Position numbers and translations under genes: made by a program | The notes under the pieces: model-generated | Told to the model about the DNA's origin: nothing | Databases searched by the model: none | Seen by the model: the letters and a program-made list of their open reading frames with translations, nothing else | In this document: piece by piece, positions 13,301 through 23,224 of the stretch | How the letters are laid out: each line of letters opens with the position of its first letter | Numbering within the stretch: position 1 is the stretch's first letter | Origin: Amoebophrya sp. A120 | Taxonomy: Eukaryota > Protista > Dinoflagellata | DNA: 64,000 bases | Reading direction: 5' to 3' | Assembly: GCA_905178155.1 (NCBI GenBank) | Contig: CAJINV010000003.1 | Location: 11,629,074 to 11,693,073 of the forward strand

Positions 13301-16300
13301 TCTACGGAGCGTCCGCGAAACTGTCGACCATGATGATCGTCTCCAGCTGACGACGACCAATCGCGGACGTCTTTCGCTGATGGTGATCACCTGGCCAATT
13401 CTACGGAGCGTCCGCGAAACTGTCGACCATGATGATCGTCTCCAGCTGACGACGACCAATCGCGGACGTCTTTCGCTGATGGTGATCACCTGGCCAATTC
13501 TACGGAGCGTCCGCGAAACTGTCGACCATGATGATCGTCTCCAGCTGACGACGACCAATCGCGGACGTCTTTCGCTGATGGTGATCACCTGGCCAATTCT
13601 ACGGAGCGTCCGCGAAACTGTCGACCATGATGATCGTCTCCAGCTGACGACGACCAATCGCGGACGTCTTTCGCTGTCTGATGGTGATCACCTGGCCAAT
13701 TCTACGGAGCGTCCGCGAAACTGTCGACCGCGATGACCGTCTCCAGCTAACGACGACCAATCGCGGACGTCTTTCGCTGATGGTGATCACCTGGCCAATT
13801 CTACGGAGCGCCCGCGAAACTGTCGAGCATGATGATCGTCTCCAGCTGACGCCGACCAATCGCGGACGTCTTTCGTTGATGGTGATCACCTGGCCAATTC
13901 TACGGAGCGTCCGCGAAACTGTCGACCATGATGATCGTCTCCAGCTGACGACGACCAATCGCGGACGTCTTTCGCTGGTGGCGATCACCTGGCCAATTCT
14001 CCGGAGCGGCCGCGAAACTGTCGACCGCGATGATCGTCTCCAGCTGACGACGACCAATCGCGGACGTCTTTCGCTGATGGTGATCACCTGGCCAATTCTA
14101 CGGAGCGCCCGCGAAACTGTCGACCACGGTGATCGTCTCCAGCTGACGACGACCAATCGCGGACGTCTTTCGCTGGTGGCGATCACCTGGCCAATTCTCC
14201 GGAGCGGCCGCGAAACTGTCGACCGCGATGATCGTCTCCAGCTGACGACGACCAATCGCGGACGTCTTTCGCTGATGGTGATCACCTGGCCAATTCTACG
14301 GAGCGCCCGCGAAACTGTCGACCACGGTGATCGTCTCCAGCTGACGACGACCAATCGCGGACGTCTTTCGCTGGTGGCGATCACCTGGCCAATTCTCCGG
14401 AGCGGCCGCGAAACTGTCGACCGCGATGATCGTCTCCAGCTGACGACGACCAATCGCGGAAGTCTTTCGCTGATGGTGATCACCTGGCCAATTCTACGGA
14501 GCGCCCGCGAAACTGTCGACCGTCCGCGCTGATCGTCTCCAGCTGACGACGACCAGGTGATCACCTGGCCAATTCTACGGAGCGTCCGCGAAACTGTCGC
14601 CCATGGTGATCGTCTCCAGCTGACGACGACCAATCGCGGACGTCTTTCGCTGATGGTGATCACCTGGCCAATTCTACGGAGCGTCCGCGAAACTGTCGAC
14701 AATGATGATCGTCTCCAGCTGGCGGCGACCAGTCGCGGACGTCGGTCTTTCGCTGATGGTGATCACCTGGCCAATTCTACGGAGCGTCCGCGAAACTGTC
14801 GACCATGGTGATCGTCTCCAGCTGACGCCGACCAGTCGCGGACGCCTTTCGCTGATGGTGATCACCTGGCCAATTCTGCGGGGCGCCCGCGAAACTGTCG
14901 ACCATGATGATCGTCTCCAGCTGACGACGACCAATCGCGGACGCCTTTCGCTGAATGATGGTGATCAGCTGGCCAATTCTACGGAGCGTCCGCGAAACTG
15001 TCGACCACGATGATCGCCCCCAGCTGACGCCGACCAGTCGCGGACGTCTTTCGCTGGTGGCGATCACCTGGCCAATTCTACGGAGCGGCCGCGAAACTGT
15101 CGACCGCGATGATCGTCTCCAGCTGACGACGACCAATCGCGGACGTCTTTCGCTGATGGTGATCACCTGGCCAATTCTACGGAGCGCCCGCGAAACTGTC
15201 GACCGTCCGCGCTGATCGTCTCCAGCTGACGCCGACCAACCGCGGACGTCTTTCGCTGATGGCGATCACCTGGCCAATTCTACGGAGCGTCCGCGAAACT
15301 GTCGACCATGATGATCGTCTCCAGCTGACGACGACCAATCGCGGGCGTCTTTCGCTGATGGTGATCACCTGGCCAATTCTACGGGACGCAGGACGCAGGA
15401 GAAAAAGACAGAAGCAAGTAATGGCGAGCAATGCTTTATGCTGAGCACCAACGACAATGCTTATTCTACCAATTCAACAAGTCAATGCATGTGGTCAGCT
15501 ACTAGCCCCATCTACTTAGTTAGTTAATCTATGACCCCACTTAACATGCTCAGTTAGTGCATTGCTAACTCTGTGACTAGTTAACTTATTTAATTTCATT
15601 CTTTGCAATTATTTAATTAATTTTATGGCGCAACCCGAAAACTTTTCTAAAACAATCTTTTTGTCTTGCAAGAAGGCAGGTCCATAGTCTCCGCCACCTT
15701 GTGCAGGCGGTTTGTGATGCTGCTGGGACTACAGCGCGGATATTTGTGATGCTAAGCGTGTACTTCAGAAAATCTCCTACTCAGGACCGGCGTATGCCTG
15801 TAGTCCTCTACTGCAAGACAGCTCTGATTTGTGTACGCAAGTCCAGCATCAGAAACTTCGTTTTGATATCGATATGGGAAGGGGGGACTCTTCCTTTTGA
15901 TAACAGGTAGAACTCGTTCAAATGCGGGCTGATGGGCTCTTTCGCGAGCGGCGTGACCGGCGCCCACTCCTTCTGCGCCTTGTAGGTTTTGATGCCAAAG
16001 TCCAGCTCCGTGTCGTACCGGGCAAACGCGTTTTTGCCCAGCGTGTTCCGCAGGGCCTTCAAATTATCAAAGATCTGGTCGCGGCGGCAGGTGTAGCTCA
16101 GGTACGTGTTCGGCTGCTGCACTTGCACCACCTTGCACACCTCGATGCCCTGCGGCACGTTTCCCCCGTGCCGGTCCCGCGTGTACTTGCGGACAAAGGT
16201 GGCGTCGCACAACTTCTGCATCACCTGCAGCAGCTCGTCGGTCATCTCCGGCTTGTAGGTGTCCTTCTTGATGAAGCGGAGGGCGTCAAACGTTTCCGGC

Positions 16301-19009
16301 AAATTTTTCACCCGCTTGTACACGTCGACCGCCGTCAGGAAGGTCGGGTGCTGCTCGAGCTGCAGCTCGCTGGCCTGGTTCACGGTGAGGGAAAACATGT
16401 ACTCGTGGAAACCTTCCGGGTTCGTATTCAGCTGCTCAATCGCGGCCTCCAGTTTTTTCAGGCAGGTCCTCTTGGGCAGCATGACCAGCTCCGCCTTCAG
16501 GTTGGCCAACGGCGCCCGGCACAGCTCGTGCCCGTCCAACTTGAAATTCTCGCACTGCGCGATCGCGTGCTGCATGGCCGCCGCGTTCTCGCTCGCCAGC
16601 GCCCGGGCGAGCGTGGTGGCCATGATGGTGCCCACTTGGGCGTTCGCCTCCGCCAGCTGCGGCAAGTCCTCCGCAGTCATGTTCTGGTTCGCTTTCAGCA
16701 AGGCGTTGCCGTAACTGATCACTCCGATCAACTGCGTGATGTCCTGTTCCCCGATGGCTTGCTCCAGCTTCCCTTGCAGCAAATTTTTCATTCTATTCCT
16801 TTGCAGCTCGTTCCGTTTCGCAACTGCTCGCGCAAAAAGTTTTTTGTTCGGTCCAGTATGCTGCTTCTGGTGTTCGGCTGCCATCACAGCTTGATTCAAA
16901 GCCAGCAGCTGGGACTCCGTACTTTCGAATTCGGCCTCGTTCAGGGCGGACGCGAGTTGCAGCGCCACCAGTTTGGTCACCCCCCGCACTTCGTCCACCA
17001 GCTTGCCCTCAGGATGGTCCGGGTTTTGACCCATCCCGTTCACGGCCTGCGCAAAATTGACTGCCTGTTCCAGCCGCGCAACGTTCTCACTGTTCAGGGC
17101 CTCCTCGATCAAATCCAGCAACCGGAAGAGGCACTGTCTCGCCTTCTTGCCCTCCCAGGCCTCCTCGCCCGCAGCACGGGCACCGCGCACGCAGTCGAAC
17201 ATGATTTCAATGTCCCCGGCTGCCAGTTCCAGGGCCAACGTGCAAGCGCAGAGAATGTTCGACCCGTCGTCAATGTCGTGGGCCACCAGTGCCGCGGTGA
17301 TGGGGGTCTGCTTATCAAATGTAAAAATGTCTGGGTCTGGAAGAGTCATGCTGTTTTTGCATGACACAGAAGGTCTGGCATGGAAGCTCTAGCATCACAG
17401 GTTTCATCGAAAAGCTTCCGCAATGGCGAATCCGCATGACAAATCCCCCACTTTGGTGACAGAAAGTGGGCAGCTTTTGCTACCTATGCATCAGAGATTT
17501 TTCTGTGTGCTGAAATGCGCATCACAAGTTTGTACTCTTCCAGATCCAGACACTTTTGCATTTGATACTGCTTCTTGTTGTTCAATTTGTCGATGGTGAG
17601 GCCAAAATCCTTGCGCAAAATCTGCGCCATCTCCAGCTGCCCGTTCACGCAAGCAATGTGCAGCAGCGTGTTGCCTTCCACGCCTTGGTAGGTGTCCGCT
17701 TTGATCGTGTCTTTCTCTTCCAAAAGCATCCTCATCGCAGCCTCCCCGCAATCCTCCGCGACTCGGGCATTCGCGATCAAAGCGTGCAGCAGGAGCTCCG
17801 TCGCTGCCTCCAAGTGATTCGCTTCGCAGGAGAGTCCCAAGTGCAGGGAGCCGATGGGTTTATGCCCCGTATCCTCCGACTCCCCGGCTCGGTACAAGTC
17901 TTTTTTAAACAAGGGCTGATCCCCCCCGCCCTCCATTAGGTTCTTCAACACCCTGCCTAAACTCAATTTGCACATCCCACAGGCGGTGCCAATTCCCCTG
18001 TTCGGGCTGCCCCGCGCGAGACCTCCGCCCCCGCAGCAGGGCAGGCAGGGCTTGTCCGTATATCCCACAGAAAAAAGCTGGCAGGGCATATTTGTAATGC
18101 AAAAATAAATACACAGAAAAATCTGTCATGGGCGGCCTCGTAGCATGCTGTTTAGGATACGCAATACAGATTTTTTTGTGTATTTATTTTTGCATTACAA
18201 ACGTGACCTGCCAGCTTTATTCTGTGGGATACCGTACGGTAGATACGAAGGTAAAAGGTCTGAAACCCATTGGTCTTGTAGGTGGTCGAGATGGTATTTC
18301 CGCTCGTGGCTGGCCACGCGACGAACCCCGATTCCGCCTCGCTGGAAGCTGGTTCCGTCGGGGAGCTGGTAAACGCCGGATCCTTCGCTATGGTGCTGGA
18401 CAACACCCCTTCCCCAAAAAAAATGTTGTAGTGATCCAAAATACTAACCCCTATCGTACTATGTTCTCCGCTTTTCATCATCATCGTCATCATCATACAT
18501 CATGTAGTGGACACCCGCATCCAGGCGCCACGGCTCTTTCCTTTTGGTTTTGGCTGTATTTTTTGCATGACAAGGTTTCGGAAGAAGCCCACGTAGCGCA
18601 GTACACGACGAGTCAGGGCAACGAACAACTACATTCATTGACTTGTATAAATGCAGAGGCAAAATAATGATCACCTTTCTTCAAGTTGTTTTATTTCATG
18701 CTGCTCAGGTCAACGTCAACCTTCTAAATGCGGGGGAGGGTCTGGGGAGTCGTCCATTCTCATATTCGCCGTCGCGGACACGTACAGGCTCAGGACAAAG
18801 GTGCATTTTCCCGAGTCCACACCGGGGAAGGAGTCCTCGTTGAAGGAAACCCGTTTTAAAGTGATTTTAAACGGGATGTCCAGCTGCACCGGGCCGGTGT
18901 TGGTCCGCACCAGCTGCTGCTTCAGCTGCGCCGACTCGACCTGCTGCTGCATTTTCTGGAAGGCTTGCGACTTCTTGTAGCTGCTCAACAGATTGGAAGT
19001 CGTGGCCAT
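10399..19009 (-). CDS. Ankyrin-repeat + PARP (ADP-ribosyltransferase) catalytic-domain protein, 927 aa, 9 exons
   Basis: Exons 18721-19009, 18237-18450, 17573-18060, 15908-17312, 11768-11834, 11459-11510, 11122-11219, 10767-10870, 10399-10465 total 2784 nt. Motifs: ankyrin GNTLLHIACVNGQLEMAQIL...KKQTPITAAL; PARP NEFYLWHGT, GSHAGTLYGKGLYFAEACSKSDEY, LLCRVVLG, FRELIVYDNDQCYPEYMIWY. H-Y-E triad intact. Confidence 0.9.
10466..10761. mobile_element. Introner, family A (PARP gene)
   Basis: TATGCATTGCAAATATGTC..CTGGGTCTGGA / TTCCAGACAAAGACCTATTTGCGTGTGATA; decayed DR TCAAC/CCAGC; removal gives FREL|IVYD. Confidence 0.85.
10871..11116. mobile_element. Degenerate introner (PARP gene)
   Basis: TATGG...TTCATA termini; DR TCCTC/TCGTC; removal gives VYYTD|EIHPN. 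Confidence 0.75.
11220..11453. mobile_element. Introner, family D (PARP gene)
   Basis: TIR TATGGGAGTGTCAGGATTGAAATCGACAAAGTTG / CAACTTTGTCGATTTCAATCCTGACACTCTTCCATA; DR GCACG; removal gives FAEAC|SKSDEY. Confidence 0.92.
11511..11762. mobile_element. Introner, family A (PARP gene)
   Basis: TATCAAATGCAAATATGTCTGGGTCT / AGACCTAGACATTTTTGCAGTTGATA; DR CCCGA; removal gives DLSG|SHAG. Confidence 0.92.
12027..12153. repeat. 30-bp tandem repeat, about 4 copies
   Basis: Unit approximately ATCAGCTGAAGATGATCCGGCATGGTCGTC. Confidence 0.85.
12672..15383. repeat. 99-bp tandem satellite, about 27 copies
   Basis: Unit GATGGTGATCACCTGGCCAATTCTACGGAGCGTCCGCGAAACTGTCGACCATGATGATCGTCTCCAGCTGACGACGACCAATCGCGGACGTCTTTCGCT. 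Identical copies at about 12885-13676, variant copies downstream. Confidence 0.97.
17313..17567. mobile_element. Introner, family A (in ankyrin repeat)
   Basis: TATCAAATGTAAAAATGTCTGGGTCTGGAA / TTCCAGATCCAGACACTTTTGCATTTGATA; DR CTGCT; removal gives NNKKQ|TPITAAL. Confidence 0.92.
18061..18231. mobile_element. Introner, family B
   Basis: TATCCCACAGAAAAAAGCTGGCAGG / CCTGCCAGCTTTATTCTGTGGGATA; DR CCGTA; long internal inverted arms; removal restores frame. Confidence 0.92.
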
Positions 19010-22000
19010 TTGGAAAAATTCTTGTGGGGCTGCGTGAGGAGAAAAGTCGTGCTAATTGTAATTGCCAACATCCTTTCGCTTTGTGCGCCGTAGCTTACGG
19101 AAAAATAAAAGTAGAATGGAACTATTGTTCGGTAAATTTTACCTAGCTCGGGGTAATATTCATCGTTGTTCTCAAGTAGTTGGACTGGAAAAGAATGCAA
19201 CAAAGTGGGACTGTACGTCCTGGTACGCTCGACGACGACGTTCGTTTTTGTTCTTGCCAGATACTAGCAAAAGCAAGGCGTAACCGAGAAAAAGTTCACC
19301 GGCTCGCTCTACCGCAGATGCAGATGCAATTAGATGAGGAAAATGGATCACAGACAAGTAAAAAACGGCAACGAAATCGACCGAGGAACTACAGAATCTT
19401 CTGCAGGGCAAGCAGCACCGAGCCTTTCACTTTCAAGGAAAAGTAGAACTACTGGGACTTTGATTTTCTGATTTTTTTCTCAAACAACGAGAACGAAATC
19501 CGGCACAAGAAGCTAAGTATGAGTGGTAGAAAGAGCTCGTGGGCAGCAAACCGAGAGATGCAGGGAGGATCAGTTTTCAGAAGTATGAAGAACCGAAGTT
19601 AGTCTTCCGGAGTTGTACCAAAAACCGAATAATACGCTCACAAGCATCAAAAACCGAAAGTCCTACTGACCCCGAAGGCGTTGAAACTAGAAAAGCGAGC
19701 CTTCTTGTAATTTCAATGTGGTCCTCCAGGAGCTGCAATAAAAGTCACATATTTTAAGTTTTTCGGATTTCGAACACTGACATCAGTAGCATCACTGTCA
19801 AGATAATCTCAGACAAAATTCTTCCAGAAATCACCCAGATATTACAACAGCCTCTGCATGTCATCCGCCTTGTCACGTCCAGTACAACTACAAGCTGATG
19901 CTTTACTTGTTCAACTACGCGGGGTATGCAATCAAGCAGGATATGCAGTTACTGAGTTGGGCATCCCTCGGTGGAGCAGTCCTGCAGGATATGCAATTGT
20001 TGGTATGGTGGAAGGGGTAAAAAAGAAACAGGATACTACTCATACGGGGGGGCTGGCGTAATATGATCTAGAATGAAACAAATATGCCTTGGTAATTCTG
20101 GTCTTCTCCTTGAGCACGAGGGAATGATGTAGGTAAATTTTTCGCGGGTACTTGGCGTTGGCTTTGGAAAATGTGACTCTACTGCTCATAATGAACGATA
20201 GGTCGCCATGCAGCAGTTGACCGCCTGCAACTGCACAACATGCAGCCCACGTTATATGAGGGGAAAACGTCGAGACGGATAACAGTTCAAATACCGGGCA
20301 AAGTGGATACTCATACTTTTCAAAAAGATGATCATAAAAAAAGAGCCCTGAAGTTCCCAGGGTTGAGGTGACGTAGCGCAAAAGAATTGAAGCAAATGTT
20401 TTCAAAGAAAAACCCAATCGTGGTTGCGGCTGAATCTTTCCGCTAGTGGCTGCCTAGATAGGTACTTAGTTGGTTGTTGGTAAGTAGTTCTTGAAGAGCA
20501 TAACTCGTTTACAGTTGTAGCGCCGTCGTGTCAAGGAAGGTCCACGCGCAGCTTTGCTTCGTATCCCTTCGGATTTATTTGTCGCTAGGAAAATAAGATG
20601 CGCGATGCCTCGGGATATTATTTTTTGTTTTTCCAATTTGCATTTTTTCCTGTGCTGTTTGTAGTTTGTTTGCATTTTTTTGTTCGTGTAGATTTGTGAA
20701 TTTCGAATGAAACAGCAGCTGATTATGTTCTGTCTTCTCACAGCACCAGGTTTTAGAATAATTCAAGAAAAAACCTAGGTGAATAAGCTTCCTTGGATTA
20801 GGCTCGATAAAAATGAGGCCCCTTGAAGGTCGTGAGTAAAAGAAAGCGGCTTTTATAATTAAAGCGAAAACTTGACCCTCGTAGTTAGTAAACTTAACGC
20901 AATGAAAAGAGAGCAACGGCAAAGCTACTAATATTCCTGATATGATGCGGCCGGGGGCACGTAGACCACGGATTCATTATTCACCCAGTTGCAGCAAAAC
21001 GAATACAGTTTTTCGCCAGCTCTGTGACGTGGGCTCCACCCAGCTGTTTCTGAGGCGGCATGGTAAAAAAATTTAGCGGAATCGCATGAGTCCTGCGTGC
21101 CATAAGAACTGCAGTTTGACAAACTGCAGTCCCCTTCGACATTCTTCTTTTCCTGGCAAGATCCTCCTTCAACAACTTCCCATTTCTTCTGGACGACGAG
21201 GAGGAAGGACCCGTTCACTTCATCTCCATGCCATTCGTGGGTGATCTATCCTGTGTGCACACAACGCACCCAGCGAAAGACCATAAAAAGTATGAGCGTC
21301 GTCGAAGCCTTTTGATTATTGCAAAGACATTGCTCCAACAAACCTAGGTTTGGACGTTAGTCTTCAAATTGGCGCGCATCGATCATAGTAGGTAGCTTAA
21401 GCTTCTTACTTAGTTTCAACGTTTGCGACATTACCGTTAGCGGAAACAGCTGCTGAAAAAAATAACCCAAAGCGGACTTCGCTCTCCTGTTTTAGCAGAG
21501 GCGGTTAAAAGGGTACTTACTTGTTCGATATGCTTGATGCAAAGTGGTCCCCGTCCCGTAGAAATTTGCATGACAACAGCCTATCATCAAGATGAATATC
21601 ATTCAATCTCATGTCGCAGAGGGGAGCATTTCACACAGGATATGGACTCGGTCTTCCCCGTAGTCTTCGCGGCGGATGCTTGATGCCCGTTCCGAGATCT
21701 TTGCAAACTTCTTCATGATTTTGTTTGCAATATTCGAACAGTTTACCAAACGACAGTTCCCCAGGGATCGATTTGGTGTTGTAGTCTGTCTTGGTATTTG
21801 TTTTCCTTGTTGTCGGTACCCTCGTAGACCTTCCCGGAGAGATAAAAAGTTGCGTTGGGAACTGCGATGAGAAGAACAAGAAAGACCAAGAAGAATCCTT
21901 CCTTCGACATAATTCGTAAAGCGGAAAAAGTAGCTGGCGACGATTTCCAGGACGGGATCGAGTTGCACGTATGCGTAAGTATGCGCTTCACTTTCTATCT

Positions 22001-23224
22001 TCTAAGGAAGCCAAGTACAAAGACCTCCAATGATGTGGTAGAATTCTCCGCACGAGAAGAACAACTACGACAGTCCGCTATACGACTATTCGCTTCGACT
22101 CTGCTTCTTTTGTTTTGCGGACGAGTTTATTTCGCGGACGAGTTTTGGTTTTCATGCGACCACCTGCATGACGTTGTACTGCACATAGACGTACGTTGTC
22201 ATTCTTGGGAGGTGACATGCTTTTTACTTTACGCACGGTATGGAATTTCAGACTACGTATGTCGGAAAGCAGTTTTTGTACGAGCGAAAGCAATTGGCGC
22301 ACGACACAAAAGCCTGTAGATGTGGGCTAGTACAACAACGTACAACAACGAGAACGAGTCTTTAAGAAAGAACGGCTTGAGAGGAACAATCTTTCGTCCA
22401 GTCCCCACTCCGCGCTGCGGGATCATGAAGAAGAAAGCACGGCGCTTTCCTGCTGTTGCGATGGAAAAAAGTAGACTCGACGCCGGGTCTGGAATTCATT
22501 TTTGAAATGCAAATACAAGTCGAGGATGCGGTATTCACGAGCACGACGAGTGAAGTAATTACTTCCAAACTTATTAACTTCAATCCTTGTTCTGTCGATC
22601 ACAACAGATCCGCATCGATGATGTTCCTGCTCGTCTTTTCCAGTTTATGGAACGTGAAAAGCCAGCGAAGACTCACCGAACTGCACGCTGCCGACTCAGG
22701 AAGCAGTGGTAGTGAGACCATCAACAGTTTGTCGCCGCGATGCATCAGGTAGTACGAGACGACTACAAACAGCCTGTCGAACATGTCAACACAACTCATC
22801 CATACTTACATACTCGCACCACACGCGCGGGACCAAGAAGTAGTTTGATCATACCTTACATGCAACAAAACTCCACGATCACGTTGACACGGCACTATCA
22901 ACACGTCACTCTTCTGCTTTTCCCCCTGCATACCGCTCCATGCTCCCGTACAGGATCTGTTTTGCTTCCATGGACTTTCTGTATTCCGCTGCCACATTGG
23001 CGTAACGCACGTAGAGCAAGAATCCAATCGAAAACTCCCGGCCCTCCAGATGAATGTACTTAAGTCGTAGCATTGATGCTGATACTCTGTCTACTGTCTT
23101 GCTTCAATCATGACCATGCAAAAAGAAAAACACGATCGGAAGAATAAATACAGATGCGGGATGGCAACACCAGTAGGAATTTTGAGCGTACCCATTTCAT
23201 TTTTGTCATCAAGGGGCAGCATAG

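Larger units (their letters stand above)
11896..15660. mobile_element. Nested non-autonomous element with ~70-80-bp imperfect AT-rich TIRs
   Basis: Left AGAAAAAGTTTCGGGT...CAAAAAATGAAATTAAAT (about 11900-11960) is the imperfect reverse complement of ATTTAATTTCATTCTTTG...ACCCGAAAACTTTTCT (about 15588-15648). It interrupts the host introner between GACCACAAA and TGTCTTGCAAG. Confidence 0.7.
11835..15902. mobile_element. Giant (4068-bp) family C introner with nested element and satellite
   Basis: Left TIR TATCGTAAGGAAAAATTCCCCCTCCCGATATCGA; right TIR TCGATATGGGAAGGGGGGACTCTTCCTTTTGATA; DR ACAGG at 11830-11834 and 15903-15907. Removal gives NEFYL|WHGT. The outer parts align to the 324-bp family C copy at 56820-57143. 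Confidence 0.9.

Noticed and set aside
12672-15383. Possible CRISPR array
   Set aside because: Units are head-to-tail with no unique spacers, there are no cas genes, and the context is eukaryotic.
12434-15444. Long repetitive ORFs on both strands (MVITWPILRSVRETVDHDDRLQLTTTNRGRLSL and its antisense)
   Set aside because: They arise because the unit is 99 bp (a multiple of 3) and lacks stops in some frames. 4-bp insertions break the frames, and the array lies inside an intron.
15922-17364. 480-aa plus-strand ORF; similar ORFs at 37734-38747, 46679-47611 and 56201-56830
   Set aside because: Antisense shadows of GC-rich minus-strand exons, with no recognisable motifs.
15808-17367. ORF-track termini such as MSCKNSMTLPDPDIFTFD, YQMQKCLD and FQTQTYL
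   Set aside because: These recurring peptides are translations of introner TIRs, not a protein motif.
19858-22800. Several short ORFs that may be exons of one or two genes; also 9400-10380
   Set aside because: I could not build a consistent spliced model or recognise a family.
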